The translations under genes and the position numbers were made by a program. Shown here one piece after another: positions 53,899 to 60,980 of a DNA stretch of 64,000 bases. Every line of letters starts with the position of its first letter. The stretch's first letter is position 1. Source of the DNA: a virus (taxonomy: Duplodnaviria; Heunggongvirae; Uroviricota; Caudoviricetes); IMG/VR virus record IMGVR_UViG_3300011113_000787, positions 47,269 to 111,268 of that record; one strand, given 5' to 3'. The notes under the pieces were generated by a model, which saw nothing but the letters and a program-made list of their open reading frames with translations, did not search any database and was not told where the DNA came from.

Positions 53899-54237
53899 TT
53901 AGATTGTTCTCAAAATATAAGAAACAATAGCTAAAATTCCAACAATCACAGGCATATATGTTTTTGAACCATTCATCAAAGACAAATGAAGCACTGCCGC
54001 CGCACTCATAAATGATGTAATAAGAACCATACCATAAAGAGAAGTCATTGGGATTGCCAAAAGCACAACTCCGAGAATTTCTCCTACACCTGTTGGGACT
54101 CTGTATTTTTCCAATTTCATGTAGGCAAAATTTCCTACCATTTCTTGAGTTCCGATGATTTTTTCAATCGCACCTTTACCCAAAAAGATTGCAACAATAC
54201 CTGTAAACAACCAACCGATTAGTGATAATGTAATCAT
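53899..54237 (-). CDS. polytopic small membrane protein (112 aa)
   Basis: 3-4 hydrophobic helices. Confidence 0.4.
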   Translation of the reverse strand: MITLSLIGWLFTGIVAIFLGKGAIEKIIGTQEMVGNFAYMKLEKYRVPTGVGEILGVVLLAIPMTSLYGMVLITSFMSAAAVLHLSLMNGSKTYMPVIVGILAIVSYILRTI

Positions 54238-54286
54238 AATTTATAGATTTTTTTTATAATGATAACACTTAAATCTATAATATCAA

Positions 54287-54311
54287 TAAAAAACCCCTCA
54301 CGTTGGAGGGG
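54287..54311 (-). terminator. rho-independent terminator (minus strand)
   Basis: A7 + CCCCTC acgttg GAGGGG. Confidence 0.55.
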
Positions 54312-54319
54312 TAAGATTG

Positions 54320-54631
54320 TTACGACCTTTTTCTGTGGGGTTTACCGTGGTGTCTTTTACATTTGGAACATGTAAGTTGAGGTCTGTGATTGGCCAGTCT
54401 ATATATTTGAGCCGCTCTCATTTGTTTCATTCTGTTGAATTGTTCCTCGGACATTGTGATTATCACCTTACCGTCTTTTTTTTCAATGTGAGGTCTTTGT
54501 CTTTCAAGGGCTTGTTGATGGTCCAAAAAGTCCCTAAATTGATTTGGCAAAGGTCTTTGACCTCTTGGTTGTTGTGCAACGAGCGAAAGTGTAGCAAATA
54601 GGCTCATTACGATTAGCATCATTTTTTTCAT
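54320..54631 (-). CDS. secreted basic small protein (103 aa)
   Basis: Signal peptide ...LSLVAQQ; His/Arg-rich C-terminus. Confidence 0.4.
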   Translation of the reverse strand: MKKMMLIVMSLFATLSLVAQQPRGQRPLPNQFRDFLDHQQALERQRPHIEKKDGKVIITMSEEQFNRMKQMRAAQIYRLANHRPQLTCSKCKRHHGKPHRKRS

Positions 54632-54632
54632 A

Positions 54633-56276
54633 TTATTCTATTGTAAATTTATCTGTATTAAAATAATTATTTTCCCAATAAGGAGGTTCAATTTTTTTAG
54701 CACTTATTTTCTTCAAAAACTGACCATCCTTATCATAGACCTTTACTTTATCCGATGGCATACCTCCAATGAAATCCGCTTCAAAAATATATCTATTCCC
54801 ATCCTTTGATTTAACAACATCCGTCCAAGTACCATTTCTATAACCTTTTAGAAAACTACCTTCGGAACGAATACTACCATCAGGGAAATAATAAGTCCAT
54901 TTACCCAAATAGTTTCTTGAAGCACCGATTTTACCAATGGCCTCAACTTTCCCTGTTCTTCCGTAGAAAATAGTTTTACCAAATGGGTAAGAATCCGATT
55001 GGTTTTTTATCTGAGAAACATACCTTATCCTACCTGTACTAGTATAACCAGTTTGAGTCATATCTGAAAAATTCATTTTCTTATAAACTCCGTCATAATC
55101 ACCCAAAGTCCAAAGTCCTTCAGGTTTTCCACTTTTATCGTAAGTGCCTTTTTTATAGGTTCTTCCGTTTTTGAAATTCTCTTCAAATTCACCTATTAAT
55201 TCGTCATATTTTGTACGAATTCCTTTTTTTTCAATCTTTCCATCTGAATAATATTGAACAAAAGGTCCTTCAAGTTTACCCTTATTATATGTCTGAATTC
55301 CAGCAAGTTGACCTCCCCCGTAAAAATACTTCCAAAGACCCTCTTTTTTGCCTTTGTCGTCTTCAAAACCTTTATCTTTAACAGGAATTTCAAATTGACT
55401 TGGGAAATTTTCAGCCTCAATACTGTATTTAGGTACCCTATCACCAACAAATTTGAAAAAATCAATTTGTTTTATATTATGAAGTTCACGGTCATTTTTG
55501 TCCATAAATTGACCTGATTCATGATGTAGTTGATAAGGAGACCTTGTATCATCCAAATTGAAAAGTAAAAAATAACTTGAACCCTTTGGGTCGGTAAGGT
55601 AATTTTTGAAGAAACTATATTGACCTATGGTACATATATCAATTTTGGCACCTTTGTCCCTTCCCTTACATCTTCCGAGTATGTCTCTATATAACTTCCA
55701 AACGTCCTTGTTAACACCAAAAACTTCGAATACCTGATACTTGTAGTCACCGTTATCGTATATCCCCAAGTATTTTATACCACCCGATGATTCGAGCTTC
55801 TCGATATCATTTTGTGAAACAAAGTTGTCTTTACCCTGAATTTCATCATAGACAATATTTCCCTCTCTGAGTTTAATAACCTCTTGTAAAAACTTTTTAA
55901 CGTCCTCAGCTGTTTTGTATAGGTGAATGTCTCTATGTTCGAACTTTTTCTTGTTCTTCTCGTAAAGGTCAAAGTATTCTTTGTATTTGTAGATGTCTTC
56001 GGCTTTGATAATACCAGTCCCAACCTTTTTTGTAAGCCAACTCAGTAAGTAAAATTTGTCTCCTGTAACCTCAGCCAATTTGTTGAAGTCTTCTTCAGAA
56101 ATAGGCTTACCTTCACCAACATATTTGTTTTTCAAATTGATGGTGTTTTGGTCTACTTGTTCTCTAAGAAGTTTCAAAATGAGTGAGCGTAATTCCATAC
56201 CCATAAATACTTTAGAGGAACAGTTTGTGAACGCTGTCCTGTTGGAACTTAAGACATAGGTAGGAACCACCGTCAT
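54633..56276 (-). CDS. large protein (547 aa) with C-terminal MORN-like repeats
   Basis: Repeated G..(E/D)G.w..yY.nGk motifs (e.g. EGLWKYFYGGGQL, EGPFVQYYSDGKI, GKWTYYFPDGSI) in C-terminal half. Confidence 0.45.
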   Translation of the reverse strand: MTVVPTYVLSSNRTAFTNCSSKVFMGMELRSLILKLLREQVDQNTINLKNKYVGEGKPISEEDFNKLAEVTGDKFYLLSWLTKKVGTGIIKAEDIYKYKEYFDLYEKNKKKFEHRDIHLYKTAEDVKKFLQEVIKLREGNIVYDEIQGKDNFVSQNDIEKLESSGGIKYLGIYDNGDYKYQVFEVFGVNKDVWKLYRDILGRCKGRDKGAKIDICTIGQYSFFKNYLTDPKGSSYFLLFNLDDTRSPYQLHHESGQFMDKNDRELHNIKQIDFFKFVGDRVPKYSIEAENFPSQFEIPVKDKGFEDDKGKKEGLWKYFYGGGQLAGIQTYNKGKLEGPFVQYYSDGKIEKKGIRTKYDELIGEFEENFKNGRTYKKGTYDKSGKPEGLWTLGDYDGVYKKMNFSDMTQTGYTSTGRIRYVSQIKNQSDSYPFGKTIFYGRTGKVEAIGKIGASRNYLGKWTYYFPDGSIRSEGSFLKGYRNGTWTDVVKSKDGNRYIFEADFIGGMPSDKVKVYDKDGQFLKKISAKKIEPPYWENNYFNTDKFTIE

Positions 56277-56925
56277 CTTTGTTTATGAGTTTTGTTATAC
56301 CGTTGTTAAGGTGAACTCTTACTCTTAGACCTAAGTCAAGTTTATTTCCATCAGGGGAAACACATAATACTTTCCAAGAGGTTTTACCTTTTGTGTTGTC
56401 TGATAGGACTAACTTGTAACCTTCAGTTATAAGTCTGAAGATTTTGGGATTTAATAGGTGGAGAGTCTTTGTACTTTCTTCCAAAAGAATAAGTTTCAAT
56501 GACTGACCTTTGTATTTTTCAATCACTTTGGACTTGAAGAGTTCCGTAAGAGTTTCAGGTGTTGTTTTAGATAACTCCTCATGAATCTTGGATTTGATGG
56601 ACTCAGCCCCAATTCGGTTACCCGATTTTCTGAACGTATCAATTAGGTGAATACTATCTTTGAATAGGTGTTTGTCGAAGTTTGCTGTGTTTACATAATC
56701 GAAAGACCCAGTCTTAATTTGTTTTTTTCTTTTGAGTGAGAAAACCGATAACGTGTCGTCCTCAAATAATATTTGGAAGTCTATGGTTGTTTTAGTCCCA
56801 CCAAGGTGAGTTATTTGTTTAACCGACTTACCAAATTTATCCTCGAACCAAGGAGTATACTCGTGGATGTTCTTTTCAGAATCAACCGCCGCCCAATGAT
56901 TTCTACCGTCTGAAGGAAATGCCAT
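56212..56925 (-). CDS. hypothetical protein (237 aa)
   Basis: ORF; overlaps upstream gene 5' end. Confidence 0.4.
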   Translation of the reverse strand: MAFPSDGRNHWAAVDSEKNIHEYTPWFEDKFGKSVKQITHLGGTKTTIDFQILFEDDTLSVFSLKRKKQIKTGSFDYVNTANFDKHLFKDSIHLIDTFRKSGNRIGAESIKSKIHEELSKTTPETLTELFKSKVIEKYKGQSLKLILLEESTKTLHLLNPKIFRLITEGYKLVLSDNTKGKTSWKVLCVSPDGNKLDLGLRVRVHLNNGITKLINKDDGGSYLCLKFQQDSVHKLFL

Positions 56926-56951
56926 AAGGCAAAGATAAGGGAAATATGTTA

Positions 56952-56979
56952 AAAATAAAAACCCCCGATTTCTCGGGGG
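56952..56979 (-). terminator. rho-independent terminator (minus strand)
   Basis: A-run + CCCCCGA tttc TCGGGGG. Confidence 0.55.
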
Positions 56980-57123
56980 CTTTACTTATTTCTTTATTTT
57001 AGAAACAAGCTTTAGAATATGTGGTCCCACCACAAATCCGACAACTACACCCAATAAAAAGTGCCAGTGCCATAAAAATTCTAATTGTTCCATAGTTTTT
57101 AAAAAGGTTTAATTTTGTTTAGA

Positions 57124-57576
57124 CTATAAATGATAGTTTAGACCCAAACCTACAAGGTTAGAGTGCTTACCATCTTTTACAGTTCTTAGAATTGATTGTT
57201 CTAAGCACCATTTCTTGTTTATCTTGTATCCAATGGTTGGGACATAAGTAAATTGTCCTTTTTGACCATTGAACAAAGTAACACCCCCATCAAGACCAAC
57301 ATATAGGTTCTTTTTAAGGTGCTTACGGTACCCAACTAACACAGGCATTCTTACAAAAGACGCCTTGTCTTGCATGAACTGAAAAGATACATTCAAATTC
57401 TTTTTATGAAAGTTAACTTTCTGACCCCATGCTTTTGAGTCCCAACCAACATTTCCTGCTAACGGTGCGTTCACAGTTGCCCCCACAGAGATGTCCCATC
57501 CCTTTTTGTCGTGTTTTTGTGCAAATGTTACTAGCGAACATGTGATAGCAAGAAATAACAAAAATTGTTTCTTCAT
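57124..57576 (-). CDS. small outer-membrane beta-barrel protein (OmpA/OmpW-like 8-strand type)
   Basis: Signal peptide ...LVTFAQ; alternating hydrophobic beta pattern; aromatic-rich C-terminal strand. Confidence 0.45.
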   Translation of the reverse strand: MKKQFLLFLAITCSLVTFAQKHDKKGWDISVGATVNAPLAGNVGWDSKAWGQKVNFHKKNLNVSFQFMQDKASFVRMPVLVGYRKHLKKNLYVGLDGGVTLFNGQKGQFTYVPTIGYKINKKWCLEQSILRTVKDGKHSNLVGLGLNYHL

Positions 57577-57602
57577 TTTCGTTTTATTTAACGGTTTATA
57601 AA

Positions 57603-57641
57603 TAAAAATCCCATCTTCACCTGCAACGTAGTTGAGATGGG
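57603..57641 (-). terminator. rho-independent terminator (minus strand), long hairpin
   Basis: CCCATCT...AGATGGG with nested CAAC gta GTTG. Confidence 0.4.
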
Positions 57642-57690
57642 ATGGGACTTATATTCTCTTATAAATATCTTTGAGTTTCTAAAAATCGAC

Positions 57691-58014
57691 TTACATGAAC
57701 CTTTTGACTCTCATTCCCTTAGATGCAAAGTAATCTTTAAACACCTTTTTTGTAGATTCTGCATTCAAATTAAACATATCTTGTATCTTATGATAAAGTT
57801 CATCTAAAACAAATAAAAGTTGTTCCCCTTTGTCGTAAGCTATTTGATTTCGCTTTCCTCTACCGTAAACAATAAGGTTATCATTTTCCTCAGGAGTATA
57901 GTCTTTTAGATATGAATCCAAAAATAAAAAAATAATTTTATCAACTTTGGATTCACTGATGTAATTCACTTTCAAAAAGTCTTTAATCCTATTTTCAGTT
58001 ATAATGTATCTCAT
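57691..58014 (-). CDS. MRYIITE-family small protein (array member 1)
   Basis: MRYIITENRIKDFLKVNYI. Confidence 0.5.
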   Translation of the reverse strand: MRYIITENRIKDFLKVNYISESKVDKIIFLFLDSYLKDYTPEENDNLIVYGRGKRNQIAYDKGEQLLFVLDELYHKIQDMFNLNAESTKKVFKDYFASKGMRVKRFM

Positions 58015-58319
58015 GGCTCTACGAATTCTATTTTAACATTGAATTTATTTTCAAACCATAACTTGATTAAAACTTTCATTCTTCCTTGACTCAAAGCAAA
58101 CATGTCGGTCAACATTTTTTGGAAATTACGGTTAACCCATAATCTTCCATCTGAGTGGTCAAACTCCATAATATCCTCCCAATCATCCTCATCATCCCCA
58201 ACTTTTTGAGATACAACAATGTAAGGATGGAGTCTGTTAACAACCTTTCTTCCAACCAAATCCTCAAGGTAATCGAGTATAAACTGATTTAATCTATTTT
58301 CTGATATTACGTACTTCAT
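58011..58319 (-). CDS. MKYVISE-family small protein (array member 2)
   Basis: MKYVISENRLNQFILDYL; C-terminus LWFENKFNVK. Confidence 0.5.
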   Translation of the reverse strand: MKYVISENRLNQFILDYLEDLVGRKVVNRLHPYIVVSQKVGDDEDDWEDIMEFDHSDGRLWVNRNFQKMLTDMFALSQGRMKVLIKLWFENKFNVKIEFVEP

Positions 58320-58605
58320 GGTTAATATTTCTTATTGTTGCGGTGGCTGAATGAACGGGAACTCCAACCATATCCTCAACGAACTGTGCAAGTTCGTGTT
58401 TAAACAAATGAAAATCAGGACCCATAGTTCTTTCGGTAACATAAAATATTGGATGAAGAATATAATAGGTTCCACCCATCATTGCTTTACCTTCTTCAAT
58501 CGCAACCTCAGTTTTCATAACAGAGTTGTTTGTGAAAGTCTCAGCAACCTGTTTGATAATTTCTTTTATCCTATCGTTTTGTTCCTCAGTTATAATGTAT
58601 CTCAT
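58294..58605 (-). CDS. MRYIITE-family small protein (array member 3)
   Basis: MRYIITEEQNDRIKEIIKQ. Confidence 0.5.
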   Translation of the reverse strand: MRYIITEEQNDRIKEIIKQVAETFTNNSVMKTEVAIEEGKAMMGGTYYILHPIFYVTERTMGPDFHLFKHELAQFVEDMVGVPVHSATATIRNINHEVRNIRK

Positions 58606-59012
58606 AAGTTTCCTTGGTTACCCCAGCCAAAGTTATCAACTTTTTTTACTTTCAAACCCGTATTATTTTGGAACCATTCAATAAAGATAGGTTTCCAACC
58701 TTCACCAAAATATGCAGACAGAGAGTTTACAATACCATCAGGTAACAAAACTAATGGACAATCTTCTTTTTTCAAACTCACATTGGGATTGGTATAAACT
58801 GAATACCACATATGACTTCCATCATCGGGTGTATCAACATCATCGATGAAGATGAAAACCTCACCGTCATTTTCCTTTAACTCACTTTTGTACTTTTTGG
58901 GAGATTGCCAACCATCAAATGGCGTTAGATTTTTGTCGAAATACTCGATAATTTGGTCTACCAACCTTCTGTTTTGTTCCTCTGTTATAATATAAATCAT
59001 ACTTTTGTCCAA
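58602..59012 (-). CDS. MIYIITE-family small protein (array member 4)
   Basis: MIYIITEEQNRRLVDQII; C-terminus IEWFQNNTGLKVKKV. Confidence 0.5.
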   Translation of the reverse strand: MDKSMIYIITEEQNRRLVDQIIEYFDKNLTPFDGWQSPKKYKSELKENDGEVFIFIDDVDTPDDGSHMWYSVYTNPNVSLKKEDCPLVLLPDGIVNSLSAYFGEGWKPIFIEWFQNNTGLKVKKVDNFGWGNQGNL

Positions 59013-59452
59013 TTTAATGAATAGACATCCACATCAAGAGGTGTCCCATAATATGTTACATCAATATTGAAAAAGGATTTTAGGTCTTTGAATATTTCCC
59101 TTTTGGTTACAGCAGCCCAATTTCTATCATTTTCCATATTATTGAAATCAAAATAAAACTTCAGATTTGGTTTCTGAATTGAAAAGTTTTCATGTCCATA
59201 GTGAGAGGGTTTCTCCTTAATCTCAATCTTTACCAATAAGTCACCGTACTTAGATTCGAAGTAATCAACTATCCTTGGAATAATACTTTCAATATGACTT
59301 TTATATTCTTTAATGAACTCAATTCTGCCTTCCGTCGGTAGGTTGTGAAACTTCACCACCCAATCTGGTGTATTAGGTTCAACTTTGAGTGCTTCCTTTA
59401 AAACCTTTCTAATGAGTTCTTTCATCGTCCCCTTTCTGTTTTTTTGTTCCAA
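58997..59452 (-). CDS. hypothetical protein (151 aa), family-like N-terminus (MKELIRKVLKEALK)
   Basis: ORF, array member 5. Confidence 0.45.
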   Translation of the reverse strand: MEQKNRKGTMKELIRKVLKEALKVEPNTPDWVVKFHNLPTEGRIEFIKEYKSHIESIIPRIVDYFESKYGDLLVKIEIKEKPSHYGHENFSIQKPNLKFYFDFNNMENDRNWAAVTKREIFKDLKSFFNIDVTYYGTPLDVDVYSLNWTKV

Positions 59453-59723
59453 AATAATATGAGAATATCATCAGAGTCAATGTTTTTATAAGGTCAAAAA
59501 GTTCAGCATTTTGTTCTTCATCAACAAGTTTTATCTTAAATGCAATTACCTTATCAACAATAAAGAGTGCCACAAGAGCGGTAAAAACCATCAGAATAAA
59601 CCTTACCAATACCTCTTGAGTGGAATCTTTGAATAACTTACTTACATACCATATCGACCCCATGATGAAACCAAGGGCTAATAGTATACCAAAAATCATT
59701 ACAATTCCACCTTCGCTAAACAT
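59409..59723 (-). CDS. small membrane protein (104 aa)
   Basis: Two hydrophobic helices; TATTTATTGTT box upstream. Confidence 0.4.
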   Translation of the reverse strand: MFSEGGIVMIFGILLALGFIMGSIWYVSKLFKDSTQEVLVRFILMVFTALVALFIVDKVIAFKIKLVDEEQNAELFDLIKTLTLMIFSYYFGTKKQKGDDERTH

Positions 59724-59745
59724 AACAATAAATACAAAAGAAAAT

Positions 59746-59771
59746 AAAAAACCCCTCCGTTTCTGAAGGGG
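59746..59771 (-). terminator. rho-independent terminator (minus strand)
   Basis: A-run + CCCCT..AGGGG hairpin. Confidence 0.5.
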
Positions 59772-59777
59772 TTTAAA

Positions 59778-60980
59778 TTAGTTTCCTTTTGTTGGGAATC
59801 TTGTCCAACCGTTGGTCCAAGTTGGTTTGGATAACAAATCCATTTCCCCTTTGGTGTATTGTTTTTCTGAATTACCTTCGGATAGTGCCTTGGTTTTCAT
59901 GTCTGTTGCTGTAAACACTGTAGAGGTAGATTTAAAATTGAGAAGTGGGTCAAATGCCTGAATCTCATTATTCAAAAATTTAGAGACCCTGTCCTTGTAA
60001 GACTGAGCAGTTTCATTACTTTCAATTGAAAATGAACCCTTTTGATATCCAAGTATTTTTGAGTTTGTTATTGTGAATTGAGTTGCTCTTCTCCATCTCA
60101 AACCTAGATTATGGTTTGATAAAGAAGTGTTGCTAAATGGTCCAATCAAAATCATTTGGTTTAACTTTGGATGTGTAAATGGTTGTGCAGATGAACCTGT
60201 TCCATCATTATCACATTCAACACCATTTCCTGCATCTCCGTTATCAACAAATAAAGGGTCTCTTTTGGAAACACCGTAATTAAGTTCACCTGTGTAACCA
60301 AAGTCAAAGTCATAATCATCATCTGCTGTTGCGAATGCATAAAGATATCTTGGTGATACAGTTCCACCGAAGAATTCAAATGCGTCGTCGTTAGCATAAA
60401 TTGTTTGGACATATTGGATAATTGTTCCTCTGCCAACTGCACCTAACGTCAAAGCATTTATCTCAGAATTTGGAAGTGCTGCAATTCCAGCGTACTCAAT
60501 TCTAACATACTTGATTATACCACTGTTGTCTTCATCATTTGTTCCACCATAAGGTCTCCCGATTCCACCTTCAATTGTTGGTTCAGAACTTCTGTTTGTT
60601 TTTGCTCTACCAAGGATTACAATCCCACCCCAATCACCAGGACTTCTTTGTCCTTCAGGTTGACCTGATGTGAAAACAATTGGTCTATCAGGTGTGCCTT
60701 CAGCAATTATCTTTGCACCCCTCTCAATACATAGTGCACCTTTTTCTGCAACATCTGATTTGATTACAGTTCCTGGTTGGATTATTAATGAAGCCCCATC
60801 TGTAACATACACATAGCCCTTCAATGTCCATACTTTGTCTGAAGTCAAAGTTGTTGTTGCGTTAATGTTACCTGATAGAGTAGTTGATGATGGTACGTTT
60901 ATTGGTCCCTCATCACCTCCAAGGTCTTTAGTACAACTGATAAATGATAATAAAGTCAGAGACAATAATAATTTTTTCAT
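59778..60980 (-). CDS. surface lipoprotein (400 aa), partner of the TonB-dependent receptor
   Basis: Lipobox LLSFISC; overlaps upstream TBDR stop (ATGA). Confidence 0.5.
   Translation of the reverse strand: MKKLLLSLTLLSFISCTKDLGGDEGPINVPSSTTLSGNINATTTLTSDKVWTLKGYVYVTDGASLIIQPGTVIKSDVAEKGALCIERGAKIIAEGTPDRPIVFTSGQPEGQRSPGDWGGIVILGRAKTNRSSEPTIEGGIGRPYGGTNDEDNSGIIKYVRIEYAGIAALPNSEINALTLGAVGRGTIIQYVQTIYANDDAFEFFGGTVSPRYLYAFATADDDYDFDFGYTGELNYGVSKRDPLFVDNGDAGNGVECDNDGTGSSAQPFTHPKLNQMILIGPFSNTSLSNHNLGLRWRRATQFTITNSKILGYQKGSFSIESNETAQSYKDRVSKFLNNEIQAFDPLLNFKSTSTVFTATDMKTKALSEGNSEKQYTKGEMDLLSKPTWTNGWTRFPTKGN

Noticed and set aside
59746-60000. Possible prophage / host junction before the TonB-dependent receptor
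   Set aside because: The same terminator family and TATTTATT start boxes continue on both sides, and the TBDR-lipoprotein pair is followed by a like terminator (63530-63556); treated as cargo, but this remains uncertain.
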